From positions 62,001-126,000 of the forward strand of contig CBFFRP010000209.1 in assembly GCA_965644295.1 (NCBI GenBank): DNA of 64,000 nucleotides, in the 5' to 3' direction. The notes beneath the pieces are model-generated. The model had not been told where the DNA came from. It saw only the letters and a list, made by a program, of their open reading frames with translations, and did not search any database. This document shows, one piece after another, positions 50,749-64,000 of the stretch (positions are counted from its first letter, which is position 1; the number at the start of each line of letters is the position of its first letter). The translations under genes were made by a program, and so were the position numbers. The stretch comes from Paraphysomonas bandaiensis. Its lineage: Eukaryota > Protista > Chrysophyceae.

Positions 50749-52881
50749 TTATAGATGTGTGCTGCCCGAAGCAATACGTTCATACATCTGCAGATCTAAG
50801 CTGCATACAGTACCATCTCTATGGGAATAGTAGAATAAATTGTCGCGTACTTTACGTGGATCGAATCCATCTTCTACAAGCACAGTTTTCTTGTGCTTAA
50901 AAGTACTCGTCAGGGCCATACTGTTTTGAATTCTTATGAATACAGGGCGTGCATAAGGAGCTAGGTGTGCACAACACACATCATGGAAGTGTCGCCAGTC
51001 CGAAGCAGTGGGTATCATTGTACTATCCTTAAGAGCTATGGCTGCCATTCCTGCCTTGCCTTCACACCCAGGCACAGGTACCCCATACACTACCACATCA
51101 CTAACAAATGATACCTCTGACAACACATGTTCAACCTATTCCACAAGTTTCAATACGTAAGTCTGATACAAACTGAAGGAAGAGAAGCATACCTCAGTTG
51201 ATGCGACATTTTCTCCTTTCCACCTGAATGTGTCACCGACGCGGTCAACCCAGTAATAAAACCCGAACCAGTCCCGTCTTAAAAGGTCACCGGAGTTAAA
51301 GTATGTATCTCCATCAGAGAAAACACCTCGCAAAATCTTATTCCCTGTGGCATTGTGGTCGGAATACCCCTCAAACCGCGAGAGGGCACTCTTGTTGTTT
51401 ATAAGACCCACAACTAGACCAGGTTCATTCACATCCACTAGAACACATCGACCGGTGACAGGGTCACGAAGTGGGACGTCCTTATGCACAGGATCAACCC
51501 GTATGAGTCGGACAGGATAAAAAATATCGGCAGCACGAGGAATACATCCGACAGACCCAACTTTACCACTGCTATTCGCCATGCCTATATTGCTCTCAGT
51601 AGCCGAGTACAGCTCAATAATGCGACCAATGTTGTATCGCTTCCGAAATGGCTCCCACACATCAGCACGTAAGCCTATGTATATACCATTGCCAGGACAT
51701 CACAAATACACCACACAAGCATGAATATACATTTCACTCACCATTTCCCAGAGCGTATTTAATGTGTAGTTTTGAGTCGTCTGGATTAACTGGGGCATTA
51801 AGCAAGAATCGGCACAGCTCACCAATGTACTGTATAGATGTGCATCGATACTTTAGACAGTCTGACGTAAAGTTTCTCACTGAGAATTTTCTCCTGTATC
51901 ACAATAACTGAAATAAGAAGAGTATATTAAATGATGTATACACACCGCAACACCAACGTAGCCCCAGATAACAGAGTCCCACCAGCCGCAAGAATTCCCC
52001 CTGCGGAGTGATAAAGTGGCAAGCAGCAGTACATGCGTTCACCGGGCTGCATATAGGTCATCACCCGTGCGGGAATAGTCGCCATAAGAAAACGTGTACT
52101 GGATATCTTCGCCGCTTTCGGCAATCCTGAACCACATCACCAGCTGTTAATGATATCACATATTCATCTCTCTACTACAAAGACCTGTCGTGCCACTGGT
52201 AAAAACATATAAGAGAGGGTCACTGTCCTTCACAGAATTTCGAGAAGACCGTGGCGGTCTTGATATGGGAAGCGAGGACACAGTATGACACAACTCTTCC
52301 CAATTAATGCAAATCACACCATCCTTCTCAAGCTCCATGATCTCACTTTGTAATGACGGCCATAAGTCACTGTCAATGACCACAATCTTTTTCTCCGAAT
52401 TATTAGTAGATACACGAACATTGTGAAGTAAAGGTTTGCCAGTCACACTGGTATTCAGCAAAGAAGTACTAATTCCCACCTTGGCCATCCCAAGCCAAAA
52501 TGCAACAAAATATGGATGATTATAAAGCATAAGACATACTGTATTTTTTTGATTTATATTCATATGATTTTTAATCCAATAAGCAAATTGATTTGATTTA
52601 TTTTCTAATGCACCAAGTGTAACAATCTCACCACTATCAGCATTAATAATATAATTTATATGATGATTTTTATCAATATAATATTCGATGATATCAGTAA
52701 TATTCCATATAGTATCATTATGTTTTATTTCATGTAGTTTTATATATATAAATATAGTGATAAGTTCATATATGTTACGTATCGTTCCTGTAATGAGATG
52801 ATAAGGATGTTTATCTTGATAGTTAATGTGTAAGTAATAGAAGATTATAAGAGATAGTAGTATGAATACAAGATATAACAT
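50749..52881 (-). CDS. Fatty acid transport protein / very-long-chain acyl-CoA synthetase (SLC27/FATP family), multi-exon
   Basis: YVFTSGTTG(intron)LPKAA, LPLYHSAG, YIGELCRFL, ELYSATE, SGDLLRRD..YYWVDRVGDTFRWKGENV, GKAGMAAI, PYARPVFIR, TSTFKHKK. Confidence 0.94.
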
Positions 52882-53544
52882 TATGATATGTGTGTTATGA
52901 TGTATGTGGTTATGTGGTTAAGTGTATGTGATCTTAGTATGTGATCTTTGGGTTCTATAGCACTATGATCTCTTCATAGTAGAACTACGTACTGCCATAT
53001 CCTACATACTCATATATACAGCAGTACATACTATTCCTACACACTGAGACCATATCATATCCTACACACTCATATACATACATACACTACATACTGTACA
53101 TGTTGCTGTTGAATTCGTGTCAACTATGGAAAAAAATCCCAGGATTTTTGCTGTACATTGTATTTACAATGAAAAAGGGCGGTTTTTTCGTCAGGTCGAC
53201 ATATCACATACACAATACATCCATATACACTCTGTATTATAACGTCCTTCAATACTACCCTACCATATTATATCATAGATATATAATTGGTACACTTTCA
53301 TCAATTCAACCAATAAAAAACATCTGATTGGTTCTAATATTACACTTCTGTTCTTAATATAGAATGAAAGTATTCTATTCCTAACTATGATGTTATTAAG
53401 AAGCATCCCACACATCTCTCTATATATACATACATATACGCCTATTAACAGTCTCTATATACCACACTTGTACCTATACCTCTATATACATACACAGATC
53501 CTCTATACAACAACCAACCTCTCCTATACTTCGAATATATCCAT

Positions 53545-54841
53545 ATGTCTAATCCAATAAAGAAGACAACCAAACAAAGTAATTGGCATAAAGAACAAAC
53601 ATCTAATTCAAAAAACAAAACTACATCTTCATTAACAGGACTTCGATGTATTGCACATAGTACAAAATTAGATCCCCATGATTATCAATCAATACAAAGT
53701 ATGGTCCCTATGAATCCACAACAACATCATGATTATCATGCATATATACACAAAACACAATCAAAAAAACAATTTCAACAAAAACAAAAAACTGAAAATG
53801 AAATAAAACAAAAAAATATGACTAAAAATCGTTCTATAACACCAACTTCAACTACACAAGATATGATCGTATCTTGTCAAGATATGAGAACTAAAGATGA
53901 ATTAACAGAGAAAAAGAAATATTCATATAATATAAAAGATGAACCAATTACTTATTATACACATGCTGCAATGCATAGAAATGATATTGGTTTTCCTACG
54001 ACATCTGTGGGTAATTTGGAAAAGCCTTGGGCTAGGGGCACATCAATATCAGGACGTGAGTCAAAGTGCATATATGCTTCATTATTATATGTATATTGTC
54101 CAATATATAATATCCATCTTAAAACATGCATACAATATAATGTATCTTCTCATGGTTGTTCCAGATGTCAATAATGGGACACTCCAACACTTCGGCACTT
54201 TTGATAATCCAGGCAATCCCCCTACTATTCGTGAAATGCGTATTCTGCGTCACTTACGTGAATCAATAGCGAAGTCGCTTGCGTCTGTCTCTCCACCAGG
54301 AAAGCAAGGTAGTACTGTGCGGCTAGTCACCCAGCATCTACTGGATTTGAACAACGAGAACATTCCCCGTGCACCAGTGGATGACGTGGCCAATGTGCTT
54401 TCCGAGACTGGTGGCGTGACTCTCTCTTCCGAACAGTGTGATGCTCTTAAAGTTGCGTTTTCAAGGTACAACGACGATCGAATTATACTAGTTGAATTCG
54501 TAGACTTTCTGCGCGGACCATTGTCACAGTATCAGACTAATCTTGTGATCAAAGCCTTTATTGCGTGCAGTCCCGACGAAAATGATTTCGTTTCTGAAGA
54601 AGGGATTGCGGGTGCATTTAACACCTCTAATGCAGCGAACACATCTGGATCTGGTGGCTTAAGCGGAAAGGAGCTGCTTAACCATTTTCTCGATAGTTTG
54701 ATGGCATACACAACATCATCCAACGGCTTTGAGTTAAACGATTTCATTGAGTACTATCGCGACGTCAACTGTGAAATGAACGACCCAGAATTGTTTATCA
54801 GTACATTAATCGCGATGTGGGGCATTGACCCTGCAGACTAG
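53545..54841 (+). CDS. Calcyphosin-like EF-hand protein, 2 exons
   Basis: C-terminal EFVDFLRGPLSQYQTNLVIKAF...LNHFLDS...DFIEYYRDVNCEMNDPELFISTLIAMW matches the calcyphosin pattern; intron about 54055-54165 links ORFs 53545 and 53939. Confidence 0.8.
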
Positions 54842-55849
54842 GTACACGGTTCAAAAACCAGGCCTGAATATATCTGCTCTGATTCCATGGAGTCCTGATA
54901 AAAATATATATATCGCTTGTTAGAAGATTACACGTGACGATATGATGAGTGTATGTAATACTATAATATAAATATCAATATCTAGTTCAAGGAATAAATC
55001 CATACATAGTGTTACAGCAAAAGCAGTAAGATGTTTCTAGATTTCTACATATTACATATAGCTCAGATAAATATATTGCGCCTCAGTACGAGTACACCAT
55101 CTGTCTTTGTTTAAGTTGGCATTCTTTTCGGTGACTATCATCTCCACACAGTTTTCAATTCAGTTTAATCTCAAACCGTCATCCACATTACCTATCACTT
55201 ATTTCTGGTATTTGTTCCTTCTAATGGATGGCTGCTTCAAACTGCAACTTGCGAATGACCTTTTCACCTTTCATGGAATCCCTTCATGTGCTGGAGAAAT
55301 GTATACTCTCCCACGAAACGCCTGGTAACTAGTAGTTTAAAATCTATTCGCGAGATTTACGGCTCCTTGAGAATTGGTAGAATATTGAGAGATGGAATTA
55401 CCTACAATTGTATATATTTAGAACAATCTTGTAGGCTAGATATATGATTTATTTCACTTGCTATATCTGTTTTGACATGTATGTTTAGCAATACATTCTT
55501 TCGGTTTGAATACCCCAAGTACTAAAATAAATTAGACATGAAATTACACCCCCTAATTTGTTTGTGTGTCATGGGACGATATTCCTTATTATAATACAGT
55601 TAGGTTATATTGTATAGCTACGTGTAGTTTTCTCGTAGAGGAAATAGGTGTCTTTGCCTATAAGAGTAAATGTAATAAATAAAAATCCTAATATATTGTC
55701 TATACTAGGAAAATGTAACTGCTTTTCTATGAGCATGCCCTATTAATAAAGAATTGATTTGCATTGTTTGACCACGTGAGCAATAGCAGACCAATCGCGC
55801 AATCTAATAGATCTTGACTGATTATGGTACATATTATTCGGGCTTGTCT

Positions 55850-56450
55850 AAAAAGGAATTGGCAATTAATTGGTAAAAGAAGAATTCAACAATAATAATT
55901 GTAGTTCTTTACCAAATATTCTACTATTGGCATTGCAATTAATTGGACATTATTGCTTATTAATTGCGTTCAATTCTATTGCCTTAAGCCTGCAAAATCA
56001 GACTTGTCAATTATATTAGCTCCACAGCATAGCAGCACTTGTTGTACAACGCATCCTTTGTCCAAACAGCAAACGCAGCAAAATAGCGTTTTCCAGCATC
56101 GTAGTGGAGGTGATCAGTTTGTTCTTCGCCAACTATCTTTGGAACATAAATAGTCATTGAACATAAAATCCCTGATCATCAGATCACTGGAATTTATCGT
56201 AGCAAGATGTAGAGTCAACATGGAGAAAGATTCAAGAGGACTTTCAATAAGGTACTTTGCTATATATTGTTCGTCCTGGAGAGCAGTTCAACAAACCGAA
56301 AAGTAGTCCAGTTTATGAGAGTGGATTTCGGCGGCAGCAGAAAATTTCATACTGGTATGCGATCGGGCTCCAAGCTTCCTCGAACGTCCAACGATATTGC
56401 TCGGATTACGTGTATGCGGTGTGGACTTCGACACAGCGCTACTAATGCTT
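55850..56450 (-). pseudogene. Possible heavily decayed DNA-transposase (hAT-like) remnant
   Basis: Minus-strand fragments such as NIYSK and GKRYFAAFAVW, broken by stops and frameshifts; repeated GCAATTAATTGG motifs at about 55862 and 55935. Confidence 0.3.
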
Positions 56451-57408
56451 AATGTCGTCGTATTACAAATGAGAAATTTGATCCTTTAGGATTTGTCGGA
56501 AATTCCTCGTCACATTGAAGAATCAAATTTATAATTATTGGCTCACCAGACTCAACCAGTATAGTCTTCCATGGTCTCGACTTTCTCCTGAGCATCAGGA
56601 AGAGTTATTGTCTCTTTCCGAGATCTAACCAGTCGATGGGTGTGATCGAAACCCACGTTATCATCGAGTCCGAGAGGAGGACAGTGATGACGACTCTTCT
56701 TTCTCTACAATGGAAGAACTATTTCATATACTTCAGTTTCAAAGTAATATATCCATAAAGTATTTGATTACAATTTAATAATACTGTAATAATACAGTTC
56801 TATCTTTGGGAAACATAGGCTATGTATTCCACCATAGGTTTGTAACTTTGATATGTGGCTATATAGTGCTCATGATGCAATATAATTCAGCCAATTACAG
56901 TAATTGCAAATATCATTTTAAAACACCCAGCGTTAAAGGCCGAGAAAAGGTAGTTCAAAACATGTATATTAAGTCAGAACTTTATAGCAGGTTAGTGCGA
57001 AGCAAATGATTCTAAAAGCCCAATATCAAAATTGTAAGCCATCCTCGCGTAGCTGTAGATGCATAGGTTGGCCATCATCTCAAAACGTTTAAGCTTATGT
57101 TACGTCACGCTTACCAAGATTATGTCGAAAAGGGCACTCAGGTCAGCTGTAGCATTTGACCTCCCCAGGAAAATATCTGAAATATTAAAATCTTGACTTT
57201 GAAATCATTCTAGTCTTATGAGCAGCAAAAAACTTAAGATTTCTAAAACTATACGTACTAGCAGCTTAAATCTGAATATACATCTAGAACAAAAGTAAGA
57301 AAGATACTACACAAAAACATATTAAAACAGAACAATATAGATATCTCCAAAAGACCAAAAAAGGTCGTGTTTAAAAACACGTGTTTAAATATAACAAACA
57401 TGCAAGGG

Positions 57409-60400
57409 CACACAAGGCATACGAGGCTACCAAGAAGCATAACAGCACTACACACCGACATTGCCTGATGAAACGTCATGTAGACACAGCAGTCCAGTCG
57501 CGCCAGCAATATATAGCGAAAGGTGTTTGTATATTGAATCTGATACATATGGGTTTCCAACACACAAGGTATACGAGGCTACCAAGAAGCATAACAGCAC
57601 TACACACCGACACTACACACCGACATTGCCTGATGAAACGTCATGTAGACACAGCAGTCCAGTCGCGCCAGCCATACGTGTATGTAATATTGAATCTGAT
57701 ACATATGGGTTTCGAACACACAAGGCATACGAGGCTACCAAGAAGCATAACAGCACTACACACCGACATTGCCTGATGAAACGTCATGTAGACACAGCAG
57801 TCCAGTCGCGCCAGCCATACGTGTATGTAATATTGAATCTGATACATATGGGTTTCCAACACACAAGGCATACGAGGCTACCAAGAAGCATAACAGCACT
57901 ACACACCGACATTGCCTGATGAAACGTCATGTAGACACAGCAGTCCAGTCGCGCCAGCCATACGTGTATGTAATATTGAATCTGATACATATGGGTTTCG
58001 AACACACAAGGCATACGAGGCTACCAAGAAGCATAACAGCACTACACACCGACATTGCCTGATGAAACGTCATGTAGACACAGCAGTCCAGTCGCGCCAG
58101 CCATACGTGTATGTAATATTGAATCTGATACATATGGGTTTCCAACACACAAGGCATACGAGGCTACCAAGAAGCATAACAGCACTACACACCGACATTG
58201 CCTGATGAAACGTCATGTAGACACAGCAGTCCAGTCGCGCCAGCAATATATAGCGAAAGGCGTTTGTATTATGAATCTGCTACATATGGGTTTCCAACAC
58301 ACAAGGCATACGAGGCTACCAAGAAGCATAACAGCACTACACACCGACATTGCCTGATGAAACGTCATGTAGACACAGCAGTCCAGTCGCGCCAGCCATA
58401 CGTGTATGTAATATTGAATCTGATACATATGGGTTTCCAACACACAAGGCATACGAGGCTACCAAGAAGCATAACAGCACTACACACCGACACTACACAC
58501 CGACATTGCCTGATGAAACGTCATGTAGACACAGCAGTCCAGTCGCGCCAGCCATACGTGTATGTAATATTGAATCTGATACATATGGGTTTCTAACACA
58601 CAAGGCATACGAGGCTACCAAGAAGCATAACAGCACTACACACCGACATTGCCTGATGAAACGTCATGTAGACACAGCAGTCCAGTCGCGCCAGCCATAC
58701 GTGTATGTAATATTGAATCTGATACATATGGGTTTCCAACACACAAGGCATACGAGGCTACCAAGAAGCATAACAGCACTACACACCGACATTGCCTGAT
58801 GAAACGTCATGTAGACACAGCAGTCCAGTCGCGCCAGCTATACGTGTATGTAATATTGAATCTGATACATATGGGTTTCGAACACACAAGGCATACGAGG
58901 CTACCAAGAAGCATAACAGCACTACACACCGACATTGCCTGATGAAACGTCATGTAGACACAGCAGTCCAGTCGCGCCAGCCATACGTGTATGTAATATT
59001 GAATCTGATACATATGGGTTTCCAACACACAAGGCATACGAGGCTACCAAGAAGCATAACAGCACTACACACCGACATTGCCTGATGAAACGTCATGTAG
59101 ACACAGCAGTCCAGTCGCGCCAGCAATATATAGCGAAAGGCGTTTGTATTATGAATCTGATACATATGGGTTTCCAACACACAAGGCATACGAGGCTACC
59201 AAGAAGCATAACAGCACTACACACCGACATTGCCTGATGAAACGTCATGTAGACACAGCAGTCCAGTCGCGCCAGCCATACGTGTATGTAATATTGAATC
59301 TGATACATATGGGTTTCCAACACACAAGGCATACGAGGCTACCAAGAAGCATAACAGCACTACACACCGACATTGCCTGATGAAACGTCATGTAGACACA
59401 GCAGTCCAGTCGCGCCAGCCATACGTGTATGTAATATTGAATCTGATACATATGGGTTTCCAACACACAAGGCATACGAGGCTACCAAGAAGCATAACAG
59501 CACTACACACCGAAACTACACACCGACATTGCCTGATGAAACGTCATGTAGACACAGCAGTCCAGTCGCGCCAGCAATATATAGCGAAAGGCGTTTGTAT
59601 TATGAATCTGATACATATGGGTTTCCAACACACAAGGCATACGAGGCTACCAAGAAGCATAACAGCACTACACACCGACATTGCCTGATGAAACGTCATG
59701 TAGACACAGCAGTCCAGTCGCGCCAGCCATAGCAGGTGTATGTAATATTGAATCTGATATATATGGGTTTCCAACACACAAGGCATACGAGGCTACCAAG
59801 AAGCATAACAGCACTACACACCGACACTACACACCGACATTGCCTGATGAAACGTCATGTAGACACAGCAGTCCAGTCGCGCCAGCACATAGCGAGTGTA
59901 TGTAATATTGAATCTGATACATATGGGTTTCCAACACACAAGGCATACGAGGCTACCAAGAAGCATAACAGCACTACACACCGACATTGCCTGATGAAAC
60001 GTCATGTAGACACAGCAGTCCAGTCGCGCCAGCCATACGTGTATGTAATATTGAATCTGATACATATGGGTTTCCAACACACAAGGCATACGAGGCTACC
60101 AAGAAGCATAACAGCACTACACACCGACACTACACACCGACATTGCCTGATGAAACGTCATGTAGACACAGCAGTCCAGTCGCGCCAGCAATATATAGCG
60201 AAAGGCGTTTGTATTATGAATCTGATACATATGGGTTTCCAACACACAAGGCATACGAGGCTACCAAGAAGCATAACAGCACTACACACCGACATTGCCT
60301 GATGAAACGTCATGTAGACACAGCAGTCCAGTCGCGCCAGCAATATATAGCGAAAGGCGTTTGTATATTGAATCTGATACATATGGGTTTCCAACACACA

Positions 60401-63400
60401 AGGCATACGAGGCTACCAAGAAGCATAACAGCACTACACACCGACACTACACACCGACATTGCCTGATGAAACGTCATGTAGACACAGCAGTCCAGTCGC
60501 GCCAGCAATATATAGCGAAAGGCGTTTGTATTATGAATCTGATACATATGGGTTTCCAACACACAAGGCATACGAGGCTACCAAGAAGCATAACAGCACT
60601 ACACACCGACACTACACACCGACATTGCCTGATGAAACGTCATGTAGACACAGCAGTCCAGTCGCGCCAGCCATACGTGTATGTAATATTGAATCTGATA
60701 CATATGGGTTTCCAACACACAAGGCATACGAGGCTACCAAGAAGCATAACAGCACTACACACCGACATTGCCTGATGAAACGTCATGTAGACACAGCAGT
60801 CCAGTCGCGCCAGCAATATATAGCGAAAGGCGTTTGTATATTGAATCTGATACATATGGGTTTCCAACACACAAGGCATACGAGGCTACCAAGAAGCATA
60901 ACAGCACTACACACCGACACTACACACCGACATTGCCTGATGAAACGTCATGTAGACACAGCAGTCCAGTCGCGCCAGCAATATATAGCGAAAGGCGTTT
61001 GTATATTGAATCTGATACATATGGGTTTCCAACACACAAGGCATACGAGGCTACCAAGAAGCATAACAGCACTACACACCGACACTACACACCGACATTG
61101 CCTGATGAAACGTCATGTAGACACAGCAGTCCAGTCGCGCCAGCAATATATAGCGAAAGGCGTTTGTATTATGAATCTGATACATATGGGTTTCCAACAC
61201 ACAAGGCATACGAGGCTACCAAGAAGCATAACAGCACTACACACCGACATTGCCTGATGAAACGTCATGTAGACACAGCAGTCCAGTCGCGCCAGCAATA
61301 TATAGCGAAAGGCGTTTGTATTATGAATCTGATACATATGGGTTTCCAACACACAAGGCATACGAGGCTACCAAGAAGCATAACAGCACTACACACCGAC
61401 ACTACACACCGACATTGCCTGATGAAACGTCATGTAGACACAGCAGTCCAGTCGCGCCAGCAATATATAGCGAAAGGCGTTTGTATTATGAATCTGATAC
61501 ATATGGGTTTCCAACACACAAGGCATACGAGGCTACCAAGAAGCATAACAGCACTACACACCGACATTGCCTGATGAAACGTCATGTAGACACAGCAGTC
61601 CAGTCGCGCCAGCAATATATAGCGAAAGGCGTTTGTATTATGAATCTGATACATATGGGTTTCCAACACACAAGGCATACGAGGCTACCAAGAAGCATAA
61701 CAGCACTACACACCGACATTGCCTGATGAAACGTCATGTAGACACAGCAGTCCAGTCGCGCCAGCAATATATAGCGAAAGGCGTTTGTATATTGAATCTG
61801 ATACATATGGGTTTCCAACACACAAGGCATACGAGGCTACCAAGAAGCATAACAGCACTACACACCGACACTACACACCGACATTGCCTGATGAAACGTC
61901 ATGTAGACACAGCAGTCCAGTCGCGCCAGCAATATATAGCGAAAGGCGTTTGTATATTGAATCTGATACATATGGGTTTCCAACACACAAGGCATACGAG
62001 GCTACCAAGAAGCATAACAGCACTACACACCGACACTACACACCGACATTGCCTGATGAAACGTCATGTAGACACAGCAGTCCAGTCGCGCCAGCAATAT
62101 ATAGCGAAAGGCGTTTGTATTATGAATCTGATACATATGGGTTTCCAACACACAAGGCATACGAGGCTACCAAGAAGCATAACAGCACTACACACCGACA
62201 TTGCCTGATGAAACGTCATGTAGACACAGCAGTCCAGTCGCGCCAGCAATATATAGCGAAAGGCGTTTGTAATATCTGAATTCGTTCATATGGGTTTCCA
62301 ACACACAAGGCATACGAGGCTACCAAGAAGCATAACAGCACTACACACCGACACTACACACCGACATTGCCTGATGAAACGTCATGTAGACACAGCAGTC
62401 CAGTCGCGCCAGCAATATATAGCGAAAGGCGTTTGTATTATGAATCTGATACATATGGGTTTCCAACACACAAGGCATACGAGGCTACCAAGAAGCATAA
62501 CAGCACTACACACCGACATTGCCTGATGAAACGTCATGTAGACACAGCAGTCCAGTCGCGCCAGCAATATATAGCGAAAGGCGTTTGTATATTGAATCTG
62601 ATACATATGGGTTTCCAACACACAAGGCATACGAGGCTACCAAGAAGCATAACAGCACTACACACCGACACTACACACCGACATTGCCTGATGAAACGTC
62701 ATGTAGACACAGCAGTCCAGTCGCGCCAGCAATATATAGCGAAAGGCGTTTGTATTATGAATCTGATACATATGGGTTTCCAACACACAAGGCATACGAG
62801 GCTACCAAGAAGCATAACAGCACTACACACCGACACTACACACCGACATTGCCTGATGAAACGTCATGTAGACACAGCAGTCCAGTCGCGCCAGCAATAT
62901 ATAGCGAAAGGCGTTTGTATATTGAATCTGATACATATGGGTTTCCAACACACAAGGCATACGAGGCTACCAAGAAGCATAACAGCACTACACACCGACA
63001 CTACACACCGACATTGCCTGATGAAACGTCATGTAGACACAGCAGTCCAGTCGCGCCAGCAATATATAGCGAAAGGCGTTTGTATATTGAATCTGATACA
63101 TATGGGTTTCCAACACACAAGGCATACGAGGCTACCAAGAAGCATAACAGCACTACACACCGACATTGCCTGATGAAACGTCATGTAGACACAGCAGTCC
63201 AGTCGCGCCAGCAATATATAGCGAAAGGCGTTTGTATATTGAATCTGATACATATGGGTTTCCAACACACAAGGCATACGAGGCTACCAAGAAGCATAAC
63301 AGCACTACACACCGACACTACACACCGACATTGCCTGATGAAACGTCATGTAGACACAGCAGTCCAGTCGCGCCAGCAATATATAGCGAAAGGCGTTTGT

Positions 63401-64000
63401 ATTATGAATCTGATACATATGGGTTTCCAACACACAAGGCATACGAGGCTACCAAGAAGCATAACAGCACTACACACCGACACTACACACCGACATTGCC
63501 TGATGAAACGTCATGTAGACACAGCAGTCCAGTCGCGCCAGCAATATATAGCGAAAGGCGTTTGTATATTGAATCTGATACATATGGGTTTCCAACACAC
63601 AAGGCATACGAGGCTACCAAGAAGCATAACAGCACTACACACCGACACTACACACCGACATTGCCTGATGAAACGTCATGTAGACACAGCAGTCCAGTCG
63701 CGCCAGCAATATATAGCGAAAGGCGTTTGTATTATGAATCTGATACATATGGGTTTCCAACACACAAGGCATACGAGGCTACCAAGAAGCATAACAGCAC
63801 TACACACCGACATTGCCTGATGAAACGTCATGTAGACACAGCAGTCCAGTCGCGCCAGCAATATATAGCGAAAGGCGTTTGTATATATGAATCTGATACA
63901 TATGGGTTTCCAACACACAAGGCATACGAGGCTACCAAGAAGCATAACAGCACTACACACCGACACTACACACCGACATTGCCTGATGAAACGTCATGTA
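57409..64000. repeat. Modular tandem satellite, units 143/152/156/165 bp, more than 40 copies, runs off the window end
   Basis: Core CACACAAGGCATACGAGGCTACCAAGAAGCATAACAGCACTACACACCGACATTGCCTGATGAAACGTCATGTAGACACAGCAGTCCAGTCGCGCCAGC..., optional 13-bp duplication, two alternative internal modules. Confidence 0.98.

Noticed and set aside
57381-63966. Many long repetitive ORFs (MPDETSCRHSS...)
   Set aside because: Artefacts of the satellite: 143- and 152-bp units shift frame each copy, and several frames on both strands are similarly open.
57409-64000. Tandem hammerhead ribozymes (CTGATGA and GAAA occur in the units)
   Set aside because: No stem II closes between CTGATGA and the downstream GAAA (A/C mismatch at the closing pair), GAAAC overlaps CTGATGA itself, A-type units lack the second GAAA, and the minus strand has no CTGANGA.
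57409-64000. CRISPR-like array
   Set aside because: The variable part has only a few recurring alleles, not unique spacers; eukaryotic context and no cas genes.

Overview
Eukaryotic genomic DNA, AT-rich, with compact genes and short (about 45-145 bp) GT-AG introns. A protist such as a stramenopile is my inference from gene content and is not provable here. Housekeeping and conserved genes include a CNNM/DUF21-CBS protein, an alpha/beta hydrolase, an RCC1-repeat protein, SMC6, AATF/BFR2, a single-domain voltage-gated channel, tRNA-Ser(GCT), a CCDC142-like protein, a COG0523/CobW GTPase, an FATP/SLC27 acyl-CoA synthetase and a calcyphosin-like EF-hand protein. They are interspersed with mobile DNA: a Copia element with two LTRs and a 5-bp TSD, several 5'-truncated LINE copies, two short LINE-tailed elements with an HDV-ribozyme-like head, hAT relics and a MITE, and a probable Polinton-like-virus fragment. 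A modular 143-165 bp satellite fills 57.4 kb to the window end. The most notable feature is a four-exon gene (48029-45656, minus) whose three introns splice in frame into one 723-aa polypeptide. It joins a sugar 3,4-ketoisomerase (FdtA/QdtA-like), a PLP aminotransferase (FdtB/DegT-like) and a hexapeptide N-acyltransferase (QdtC/FdtD-like) in pathway order, i.e. the three dedicated steps of a bacterial-type 3-acetamido-3,6-dideoxyhexose pathway as one eukaryotic enzyme. It sits head-to-head with a CobW GTPase that carries an apparent nucleoplasmin-like C-terminal domain.
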